From Monocercomonoides exilis PA203 (lineage: Eukaryota; Protista; Preaxostyla): a stretch of 64,000 nt of DNA. The stretch spans positions 62,001 to 126,000 of the forward strand of contig LSRY02000015.1 in NCBI GenBank assembly GCA_001643675.2. The letters are read 5' to 3'. A program made the translations under genes and the position numbers. Under the pieces are notes generated by a model. The model saw nothing but the letters and a program-made list of their open reading frames with translations. It was not told where the DNA came from and ran no database searches. Positions 32,731 to 43,912 of the stretch are shown piece by piece; position 1 is the stretch's first letter, and every line of letters starts with the position of its first letter.

Positions 32731-33870
32731 TTAAAAAATAACCAACAATCCACTTTTCAAAATTTTATCTTTCCTTTCACAGATTGTTATGATCTTCCCT
32801 TTCGAAACAGCATCCGCAATCCAGTTTGCAGCGCGGAGGATTGCAAAATGCCCTTCTTCCTTCTCATTCATCGCTGCAAGCTCGCTGTCGCATTCACCAA
32901 TAAGCGACGGATTTGACGAAAGCATCATCAGCTTCTGGTAATCCATCTCTTCCTCTTGCTGCTCTTCGTTCGCTTCGTCATCTTCACCCATAAGCAAAGA
33001 GGAAGACGAAGATGCTGCTTCTGAAGAAGGGCTCAGAAAAGTCGAATTTTTCCTCTTAGCTTTTCTTTCTTCCCTCCTCTTCATCTTCCATTCTTCGTGC
33101 ATCTTTCGCATCATCTGAATCAGTTTCGCAGTGGATGAGTCAAATGCCACAATGTCTTCAAAACCGATTGCTTTCACACACAATCTTCTTCCACACAATC
33201 AGCACACACATCAAATTGAGATATGACTTCACGCAAAGCGCATGGACAAGAATTACTCAAATGTGGTGTTAATGCTACATAACTGTCTCACTTACCTTTA
33301 GATCCACTGTTTCTGTACAGACTGCACAGCCATTTTCCCTTTGAACTCATTTCATCGCCTTTCTTTGTCTCTTCCCATCCTTCTTCCATCAGGTCAATGT
33401 CCACTTAATGGAGACGATGTCTTGATTCCCCACGCATTCTGCTCCTTGTTTGCCGATCGGATCAGACTGTCATACGAGTCGGCAATCAGCCACTCCCGCT
33501 GCTTCTTTTTGTTCAGCGCTGTAATGAAGATGAACCGCGCATGCGTTTGTGCCTTCATCAACGTTAGTAACGTGGTAATTCAAAGCAGAAACAGACTCGG
33601 CCACACATCCGAGGCGAACACACAGAACAGCAGGAACGATATAAACAGCTGCATCTTCAGCAGCCGCCTATGCAACGATCCAACAAGAAGGTGTTCGTAT
33701 TCGTTCTCGGAAGACGGGAACTTCAGCTTTTTAATGATTCCCTTGCTCCATTTGATGAATTCGGGGCAGAGCTCTGTGCTTGGATCAGATTCTGTTTCAA
33801 TGTCAATGATTGAGTCAGGATTAGAATTGGGAGAAGAAGAAGAGGCAGAAGAGGATGTAAGGAGGATGAA
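32731..33870 (-). pseudogene. Degenerate coding remnant of unknown origin
   Basis: GC-richer, codon-like minus-strand segments with several in-frame stops and a canonical AAG|GTAAGT donor near 33295. The 155-aa ORF has Ser/Glu-rich tracts typical of local genes. No family was recognised. Confidence 0.35.
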
Positions 33871-34722
33871 AATTTATTTTGAGAGAAATATTTGAAAATG
33901 AATTGAATATGATTGAAAATATTCTGTTCACTAGTTTCCAAATGCTTCAGCTTTCTCGATAATAGCCTCTAAAAAAATCTTTTCTGTCATTTTCATCTCG
34001 ATTTCGAACAGCAAATGCAGAGTTTGCAGAAGCATGTCGTCGTTTGAGATTTCCAAACTAGAAAAAGCAGAAATGTGTTTGAGTATCCACAAATAAGAAA
34101 GAAAAACATTAACGAATATTTTCCAACTTATGATGACTTGATAAACAAACCGATTGAATGTGTTTACCTAACAGCGAAAAATAAATCTGCTTATCTTATC
34201 AACTTTTTTCAGTTGTGATAAGTATAAACAAAAATTGATCTCCCTTTTTATAATGAGCGAAACAAAGAAATAACTCATTCATTAAGATTTTCGGAGATGC
34301 TCAACTCAACATCAAGTTGAAAAAATTCATTATTATTCTATGATAGACTCTTCGTTTCCTTCTTTTTCCGATTTTTCAAAAAATCGTCTTCTCAACTTTT
34401 ATTTTTGACTTCCTTGAATCCAAAATATAAAATATTTTGCTATTTTTTCCAGAAAATTTGCATTACTCCTTTCTTTATTCATCATTTTTCACTATTCTCT
34501 TTCATTTGATATTTCTCTTCAAAATCTAAAACATATAACAAAAAAATCAATCAAAAGTCAATAAAACTCAATTCTAAATTAAACTTTTTATATTACAATC
34601 ATCAATATAAAAAAAAGAATAAAAACATAAAATAAGATCCATTCTTGTTGCATTTATTATGGTTTGACTATTTAGGATTATTAAAACACACAATTAAGTT
34701 GCAAAAAGCATAGAGATATTCA

Positions 34723-35155
34723 ATGAAATATACAGCAGCATTCCTTTTGTCTCAGCTTGGAGGAAAAACTCACCCAAAAAAAGCAGATCTTGTTAAGATT
34801 TTGAAAGCTGCAGGCGCGGATGTCGACGAGGGAAAGGCCGATGATTTGATTTCAAAAGTCGGAACACGCTCCGGTGAGGAAGTCTTGGAAGAAGGACAGA
34901 AGAAGATGGCGGAAGCATCACTGGCTGCCGCCGCAGCTGCATCAACTGTTGCAGCTCCATCAGCTTCTGCAGCTCCAGAGAAGGAGACAAAGAAGGAAGA
35001 AGCAAAGAAGGAAGAAAAGAAGGAGGAAGAAGAAGAAGAATTCGAAGGGGTTTGTTTTGGTTTTGTAAATTTTTTGTTTGATTATTATATTTTTAATTTT
35101 TTGAATGATTTTATTATTATTTCTTCAAAAGGGAATGTTCGATTTATTTGGCTAA
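34723..35155 (+). CDS. RPLP2: 60S acidic ribosomal protein P2
   Basis: MKYTAAFLLSQLGG N-terminus, Ala-rich hinge and acidic EEEEEEE tract. Intron 35050-35131 restores the conserved C-terminus EFEGGMFDLFG-TAA (116 aa). Confidence 0.95.
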
Positions 35156-35415
35156 GCATTTTTTCGCTCTCCCTTGTACAATTCGTTTCATTTCATTCAT
35201 ATTATTTTTTAAGAAAAAAATCAAAAAATAAAAATGAAAAAATAAAATGAATGAAATGATATAAACGCTTTCTTTTTATTTTTTATTTTTTTGAAAGTTT
35301 TTATTTGGAAAAAATTATAAATAACATTAGAAGTACCAAAGATAAGAGCCTTGAGTATATATAGGGCAATCGCATCTGTGGTACTCAGATAAGCCTCGCC
35401 CTCATCAACACCTCC

Positions 35416-37312
35416 TTGCGCGTGACCCATCACGATATCATCACTCTTGGTGTATGCCCAATTCTCACTGCCCAACGCCACTCAGCTGCCTCCATTCTCT
35501 CTTTCACTTTCCAAGCCCAACCAGCAACAAAATCTCCACTTTTCCTCTCTGTCCATGCATCCCTCGCCCTCACACACTTCTCCCTCACCACCCCTCAACC
35601 TGCCATCTTCTCCTTCCCCCTCTTCTCCATCCCAAACAATCTCCTCCCACCTGCCCACTCCCCAATCCCTACCTCCTTCTCCATCTCCCGCTCCTCTTTC
35701 TCCTCCTTCATCTCCCTCATCCAGCCCTTCCTTTTTTCTCCTTTTTCCCTCTCTTCCCCTTTCCCTTCCCCTTCTCCATCTCCATCCCTATCCCCTTCTC
35801 CTTCATCTTCCTCATCCTCATCCTCATCCTCATCATCTTCTTTTTCTTCCCCTTCCCCTTCCCCTTCCCACCTCCAAATCCACCTCCATCTCCATCTCTC
35901 AAACGCCATCTTCTCCAACATCTCATCTCCTCAATCCCCTCTATCACTTCCATCCCTTCCCTCACACTCACTCAACCCATTCACATCAACCACTTCTTCG
36001 CCTTCTTCCTCTTCCACCAACACCAACACCAATTCAATCCCCTCCTTCTCTCCTCACTCATCTTTCTCCATTCACTCATCCCGTTTCCTTCACACTCACA
36101 ACCCCATCGATGGTGCCATTCTCCCCAACCTCAACAGCCCCTCCACTTCCCTCTCTACCTTCAATACCTCTTTTCTCCACCAAACACGCTCTTCACCAAA
36201 TGCTGCTGTGGTTCATGTTGGAACTGAAACTCACAGAAAAACACCTGGAAGACTGACTTCGTTTGATCAGAACAGTTATCTTTTTGAGTGCTGTGAAAGG
36301 AATGATTCAAATGGAGGAAGTGATTATGGAGGTGCACTGAAAGTTAACTGCACTTATGCCAACTTCACAATCACTTCCTGTTCATTCAACAATTGTTCAA
36401 ATACAAATCATGGTGGAGTGTTATACTGTTATAGTTTGTTGAAAATTGATATTTCAAAATCCAATTTCACAAGTTGTTCGGCATTGCATGGAGGAGCGAA
36501 TTGTGTAGTTAATCCTCTATCCAATTCTGTTTGGACATTCTCGCAAATTAAAGTGGAAACTTGTGAAATAACTGATTGGTGTGGAACTGGCTGGTATTTT
36601 CATGTGTATGATATGACTTCAACTTGCCAATTCTTATTTTCCAAATGCAAGTGCATTTCAAATTCCGGTGGAGATTCTGCTGGTTCTCTTTCATTTGATA
36701 ATCCTCCACATAACAAACCAACTCAGTTTTTTGGTTGATGATTGCCAATTTGTAAACAATAAATTGACTGCTTCTTCCTCTTATGGAGGTGCCACAATTT
36801 ATCTTTATTCAACGTATTTTTGGATGAATGGGGAAATTTTAATCACTTTTTGTTTCTTCGATGGAAACACCGCTGCTTTAGGAAGACGAAATGATGTGTT
36901 CTTCAGTGGCAATGCCATCACCCAATCCCCGTTTGAAAATTGTGGTTCAACAACTCCATCAAAAAGAGTGTGGAACAGCAACACAGCTGACAATGATGAA
37001 TTCAATGGCTGGCTCCCCCTCATTGCCCAGAACAAAATCGTTGCAAATGGTGGAAGTGATGTCGATGTCTGTGGCAGACCCCAACAGACCCCATGTGTCA
37101 CCATCGAGTATGCCCTCACCGGCTTCATTAACCTCCTCCAAGGCGCCTCCCTCACCCTCCTCACCTCAATATTTGTTCCAACTCAAATACTCGCTTTCAG
37201 CGCGGTTGACACCAAAATCACAGGAAATAATGAATTTTTTCTGTTTTCATCAGAATTTCTTCCACTTTCCATTTCAGAAAAATACATGAGGCTTCATCGC
37301 TTCTTCAACTGA
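35416..37312 (+). pseudogene. Truncated, frameshifted fragment of the beta-helix-type surface protein family
   Basis: YGGAL, HGGVL, HGGAN, YGGAT, FDGNTA...NDVFF and CGRPQQTPC motifs match the two giant genes. An extra T in the T6 run near 36730 shifts TQF|LVDDCQF. Similarity ends at ~37230, with no TM or kinase tail. The 5' part is C/T-rich low-complexity DNA. Confidence 0.7.
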
Positions 37313-39530
37313 GATCTATACCACTTGTTTTTTTAAAGATCCTTGACTCATCTCACTTTAAAACGCTTCTTCTTCATTTCTTCTAATTTCTCCTTTTTGT
37401 CGAAAGAAAATTAAATTCTTTGCTTTTAGGAGTCATGCGTTTTCCTTTCTTCAATCATATCTGGTAGTTTTCTTCAGATAACATTTTCTTCAATTTTATG
37501 GTTCCAACATGTTGAATCTGATTCACATAACTGCCTCATATAACTACCCTTCAAATAAGCTTTTTCCTCTTCAGTGCTTTTCTTCCTCATTTCACTTTCT
37601 GCATTCGCTGTGGTTTTGGAGCTGTGAGATATACCGGAGGTTATTTCGGAATCCATCTTCTTCATGAAAGGATTGTTTCAATTCGCTATCGCTTTCAAGT
37701 GGACCTCTTTCAACCTCCAAATGAAAAAGGCAGTTTCAATATCCATTTTATATTGCACGCCTGTTGCCTGCTTTTGTTGGATAAAAACAAAATCGCCTTC
37801 TTTTTCATATGATCTCAGTTGAAATTCCATCTTGGAATAAATGTTTCCTTCAGATCTCTTCAAATAAATGAAAGCCAATGCTTTGCGCTTAATTTGAGGA
37901 AAATTGAATGAATTGGACACAACATTATTTTTGTTGTTCATCGAAGATGATGTTGAAAAAGATAAAGACAAAGATGAATGTAAAAAAGGAGAAGTTGAAA
38001 AAGAAGAAAAGAACGAAAAGATAGAGAATAAATGTGGTAATTGAGAAGAAGAAGAAGAGAAAGAAGATGATGATAAGATTGGACAAGCAGTATTCAAAGA
38101 AAGAATGGATAATAAGTTGAGAATCGGCAAAGAGGCTGAAGGAATTCGTAGTGTTTTCGTGCCTGATAAAAGAATCTGAATCAATTAAACATGAAATCAT
38201 ATCCAATTTCTGTGAAGAATATATTCTAAGGATGTTGCAACGAATATTGGAGGGAAAAATAGTGATGTGCTGCGTGCTCAGCGAAGATGAAGATGAAGAG
38301 ACAGAAGACAACGCATTCTGCAAGTTGCAGTGCAAATAAGCAAAATGTATTTTTCTTTTGAAAGTGATATTGAAAAAAGAATAAGGAAAGTCTGTCAGGA
38401 TGTTTGAATGAATCCTTGATATCCTCAAATCCTGTGTGTTCAGTTGATATCGTCAAAGTCAATGGAAGTGTTTCAGGGTTGTGAAAGGAAGATTGCGTTG
38501 GCTTTAAAAAATTTTCAGAATGTGGGCCAGAATGTTTTTTCCAATAACTTCATTCTTTTAAGGAAATAACTTCTCAATATCTTATTGCCCGACTTTCATC
38601 TGCAGAAAATTAAAAAAAAAAAGAAAAAAGAAAAAAAAATACTCTGAATGTTTCCTGTATGATTCTCAAAAGAAAGGAGATCTTCGATGTATTCTTCATG
38701 AACTTTCCTTTCAACTAAAACAAAGATAGCTTAGGCAGCCGTTGTTTTTGATATTTACGAAGGAGCAACAAAAAATCTGAAGACGTTGGAACACAATTAA
38801 ACCAGGGGATCTGCATCTTTTCAGTTGGAGATGATAGTCACTTTTATTCTTTAAATAATCCATTTCTGAATTCAAAATAACATTTCCTCTATGAATTGTT
38901 TATCCTTGATCCTCTTCCATTATGCTTGTTTTTATTCTTTCTCTGTTGCAATGTGGTATAATTCTTTTGTCCTGACAATTCATTTTGATTTTCAGAAATT
39001 CATTTGTCTAGATCTTTCGCAATGCAATGAGTCTCTTTGAAACAGAAGCAAATATTCATCACCCATGAAAGAAAATCTAAACGAATTTCAATGTGTGTTG
39101 ATTTTTTCATTCTTATTCTTCTCAATTAATTACAAGAAATTTTTTATTTTCAAGAACTGAAATTGCCTGCTTTCTCATTCTCATAGGAAAAAATTCCATT
39201 TTCATGAGAAATTAATTCGATTCCAAATCCATGAGAAAAGATACTTTTGAAAGAAGAATTTCTAACTTTATTTTTCTAAACTCTGATTCAAACAATTTTT
39301 TGTTGGTTTGATCAAAAAGAAACAAAAATTTTTCTTTTCTGGCCTTAAACTGCCAATCCTTTTGGATTATCCGCAATTTCTTTTGAACTTCTTTTCATAT
39401 AACAAAAACAGTACGGTTTGTGTTGCGAACATTTTAAGACTGCAAGATAATCAATGTTGTTTGTATTTATCTTTCGTTTTGATAATAAAAACCAGCTTTA
39501 ACAAATAGAGAATTGTAAATTTTAAAACAG

Positions 39531-40975
39531 ATGAAAGAGTCTTGTGACAATGAGCTTCATTGCAGAAAGAAAGGGATGCCTTTGAAAGAAAAGTTTTCGA
39601 GTTTGTTCTTTTATTTGGATTGAACAATTCTGAACAAAATTTTTGTTTTTTTGAATACCCTTTGCAGAATTGTTTTGCGAGCTGGGACATTGTAGAGAAG
39701 ATGAGAAAAAGCAGAAAATGGAGGAAATGAAAAGAATGATTAATGAAATGAATGGAAAAGAATTTCAAACAGTTTTCACAAAAGAGTGCTTCAATAAAAT
39801 GTCAAAAATGATTGAAGAAAAGAAAATTACGTTGGGAAATGCAATCATGCTGTTGAAGCATGTTGGATATTGCAAAGAACTGAAGAATATTTTATTATAT
39901 TCTTTTGATGATTCATCATTGGGCAAAAGAATGAGAGAGATGATAATTGATGAAAATGAGAAGAAAAAAGATGAAAAGCTTTTGACTGATCTTTGTGAAT
40001 GTTATGCTTTGCTTTGCGATAAATGCATTCCTGATGAATTGCTTTTAATCATCGTACCTTGCCTTCTGAAAGTTGCATCGAAGAAAGAGGGAAACGAGGA
40101 AACTCAGAAAGAAGTTGAAATAGCTTTACTGGCTTTGAGCAACTTTATACAAATCGATGTGCGTTTGTTTATTTCTTGCTTTTCTTATTTTTCTTATTTT
40201 TCTTATTTCTAATTAGTTTATCGAACGAGAACTATATTTGAAAGAAATTACAGAAATCATCGAGCATCAACAGAAACACAGAAATCTCACAAAAATTGCC
40301 TATCAATCTGCTTGGCGATTTTTTATATACAGATACTTCAATGATTACAGCTTGGTGGATACTATTATGCATGAGCTGCATTTTGGAAGAGAAGTGAGAA
40401 GAGAGCTGGAAGATCTGTCAAAGTGTGTGGATTGGAAGAGGAAAGAAGGAGGAGGAAAAGAAGCGAAAGAAGTGATTTTAATTAACGGATGGCTCAATGA
40501 TATTTCTTATTGCTTTCCATCATTCAGATTATATAACGAAGAACTTGCTGGACTCATCGGCAGCCTTGTGGATATATTTCGAGCATCAAGATATAATTAC
40601 CCATATACAAACCGTCTATGCCTTTCTTCATTAAGAAGAGCAGTTGAAAAGAGAAATATGGAAATAAATACTTTTGAGAAAAAAGGTGTCACAGATCTAT
40701 TTTTGGAGGAAATGAAGCAATTAACTTTGGATGATGTTATTACGTGGAATGGCTTGTATTTCTTTTTGAATATTTCAAAAAGACTGAAAGAAAAGGAGGA
40801 TGGAGAAATGGACGAAACAAAACGAAAAGAGTTGAAAAGAAAGATATTTGAAAAGATGGAGGCAGATGGATATGAAGATGTCATAGCTGGATTTCACAAA
40901 GTATTTGATTTTCTTAACAGAAAATATTATTACAAATTATCATTGGACTTTTCTGATTATTTTGTGAATATTTGA
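39531..40975 (+). CDS. Lineage-specific helical protein family, copy B (apparently intact)
   Basis: Exons 39531-39600, 39668-40158 and 40217-40975 splice in frame through GT-AG introns. Motifs: ELGHC, LLKHVGY, LCECY, KEVEIALLALS, NLTKIAYQSAW, GYEDVI, DYFVNI. An extra upstream exon is possible. Confidence 0.8.
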
Positions 40976-41267
40976 GAAAATGAAACTACCTTTGTTCACA
41001 AATATTTAATTATTTTCATTTTCATTTTATTATTTATTTATTCATTCATTCATTTATTTTTGATTGAATAAAAAATGATGAAGTATTCTTGTTCTTAATT
41101 GTGTAATAATAAAAGTTTTTGTTAAAGCTGCACACGAATCATTGATTTGAAAAGCATTCGAAAAACATATGAAAAATTCACAAATGAAAGAAAAATGAAA
41201 ACAAAATGAAAAGGAATAGAAAGTATAAAAAGTGGTACAATATCACAAAAAAAGGATCATTCATCAT

Positions 41268-42714
41268 TCATTCATTCAGAAAATAGTAAGACGGACTGAT
41301 GAAATCAAAAGAATATCTGTTCACATATTCGCTTTTATGAAATTTGATGATAGCATCTTCATATCCTCCTTCCTCAAGTTTCTCGAATATTTCTCTTTTT
41401 TTCATTTTTGCTTTTAAGTCATCAGTTAGCACTCCTGTTTTATTGCGCATTTTTTTCGAAAATAACCCAAAAAATCTAAGACAATACTTTGCATAATCGT
41501 TTTTCAATGTTGGCCGAATTATTTCCTCGAAAATCAAGCAAATGGCACCGCTCTGAAGCAAATCATCCATGTTTTCTGCTCCAAAATTCGCCATCATCAG
41601 GAAAAGTGTGATACTGTGCTTAAATTTTTTTCTTTGATTTTCCCTTGCCGCTCTGCACACACAAACAATACTCATGACAAAGTCGCTGTATTCTTTCCTC
41701 CACTTTCTGATGCTTTTAAAATATGTTTCAATTGTGTTAAACCATCTTTTTATCACACAAACTTCTTTGATTTCATTTTCTTCATCTTCTTTTATATTCC
41801 AATCCACACATATTTTCAAATCTTTCAATTCTACTGCTGCTTGTTGAATAAATTTCAATTTGTCGTCAATGAGATTTTCCAGATTTTTTAAATGGAATGT
41901 TTTTCCAATTAAGAATTCCCAAATTGATTGATAGGCAAGGCTGGTGAGATTGTGATTCTGTTGATGATATATGATGATTTCTGCTATATTACCCAAATGC
42001 CGAGTGTTTTCCAATTGCTAAACATTTGAAATTAAAATTTTGTAATTTTTCTTATTATTAATTGTCATTACACATACTTTCCAATAATCAATGCTACTTA
42101 AAGAAACTAATGCAATTTCCACTTCTTTCTTCGTTTCTTCATCATCCTCTTTCTTTGAAGCAGCTTTCAAAACACATGTCATGCAAATTGAAAGCAATTC
42201 GTCTGACATGACATAGCAATAATAACGCAGTGCTTGATGACTTTCAATAAGATCAATCAGAAACTTTTCATTTTGTTTGCCTTGCTTTTTCCCTTCGGCG
42301 ATAATAATTTTTTCAATTTTATTACGAAATGATGAGTATTTTAGTCCTTCAATCCATATATTTTTTAGCGATTTGTAATATCCAATATGCTTTAAAAGCA
42401 ATATGGCATTTTCCAAAGATAATTTCTTTTCGTCGACCATTCTCTCGATTTCATTTATTATTTCTTTATCATACACAGCAAGTAACTCACGTTTATCCAT
42501 CTTGCCTAGAAATTCGCACATTTCATCAATTTTTTGTCTTTGTTCCGCTCCACTGAAATGTTCCAGCTCGGAAAAACTTTCTGCAAGGATAAAGATAATA
42601 AATAACTGACAAAATAGATGAAATATGCACACTTTTAAATTTTACCGATATAGATTCCTGTAATTTGAACATGTTGTCACAACAACACATATTATGAATT
42701 TGTTTAATGTGCAT
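41268..42714 (-). CDS. Lineage-specific helical protein family, copy C (tail-to-tail with copy B)
   Basis: ORFs 42018-42632 and 41268-42014 plus a short first exon (...CDNMFKLQESISVKFK). Same motifs (SELEH, LLKHIGY, KEVEIALVSLS, NLTSLAYQSIW, GGYEDAI) and the same two intron positions as copy B. The start codon is uncertain. Confidence 0.75.
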
Positions 42715-42960
42715 CAATTCAGAAAGCAAGCACGCAAGCAAAACAATATGAAAATCAACAACTTATAAGTAATTCAAAACTTGTATCTGTTCCATTTTGA
42801 TCGAAGAAAATTCTCAAGTTACACAAAAAAGCAAAATGACTCAAAATTTATTAATTCAATAATGGTTAATAAGAAATGTTGATGAAAAAAATTTTTTTCT
42901 TCATTTTTTGATGGACGATTTTATGCACTCACATCTTCACTTTGAGTTTTCAAATGATTC

Positions 42961-42964
<4 letters not shown>

Positions 42965-43011
<47 letters not shown>
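42965..43011. repeat. Poly(A)47 tract
   Basis: Direct count; intergenic. Confidence 0.9.
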
Positions 43012-43013
<2 letters not shown>

Positions 43014-43826
43014 ATTTTTCACAAAAAATTTTATTGCGGTCAGGACTATAACGTGATGTTGGCAGTTCCAAAAATCATGAAAGTTCCGAATCTTAGCTTT
43101 CAAAAGCTTTCTTTACATCTTTGTTTAAAAAAAAAAAATGTGTCTTTTTGCTTCATCAATTTATTTTGTTTTAAGTAACTCCTTTTTTTTGTAATCTGAG
43201 CGCATGTGAAATAAAGATTGAATTCGTCAAGAATAGTAATTGATAGATGGCAAGTGAAAATTGTTGAATTCTTTTAATGATTATTTTGCAGCAGCAACAA
43301 CAACAAATAAAAAAAAAAAAGTTATTTTGAGAAAAACATTTTTGATCTGATATGCAAAACAATATTCTTTAATAATCTTTTTTTCTTCAATCTATTTTCA
43401 TTGAAAAGCTGAAATGGTGTTATAGTTAACAGTCATATTTTTCAAATTAGCCGCACTCGCTTTTTGGGAGATGAAATGCAGCATGTCGAATGATAAAATA
43501 TCCAAAAAATTATCAATTAGAAAAGGAAGAGACACAAGTTAGAATTGTTAAAAGATAAAGTGGAATGAAAGGAGAATAAAATGAGAAAGAAGACAAATAA
43601 TTGAAGCTTGTCAATTTTCACTTCTTTTTTTTGTTGAAAAAAAAAACTGCTGATAATTAATTTGAAATAAATATTCACTCGCTTTTTATTCCTCAAAAAA
43701 ATGCAATTATCACAAACACATTTTGTTATTTTTTTATTTCAAAAAAAAGCTTTTTTTTTTTTTGTTGTTCTTGTTCTTGTTCTCTTTCTTTCTCTTTCTT
43801 CTCCATCTTCTTCTCCACTCCATACA

Positions 43827-43892
43827 CCACACTCCACACTCCACACTCCACACTCCACACTCCACATTCCATACTCCACACTCCACACTCCA
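43827..43892. repeat. (CCACACT)9 heptamer tandem repeat just downstream of the CAND1-like stop
   Basis: Nine units, two with single substitutions (CCACATT, CCATACT). Confidence 0.9.
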
Positions 43893-43912
43893 TTCTTCAA
43901 ACTTCTTTCTTC

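Noticed and set aside
32731-33198. HECT-like phrase (IGFEDIVAFDSSTAKLIQ)
   Set aside because: Too short, no other HECT motifs or catalytic Cys region were found, and the surrounding frames are broken.
35447-36256. Three overlapping long ORFs suggesting an overprinted gene
   Set aside because: The strand has very little G and few TA steps, so stop codons are rare by composition alone.
42965-43011. Poly(A) tail of a retroposed element
   Set aside because: No target-site duplication or upstream element body was recognised, and homopolymer length may be an assembly artefact.
43827-43892. Telomeric array or CRISPR-like repeat
   Set aside because: The unit is not TTAGGG-like, there are no spacers, and the context is eukaryotic and internal.
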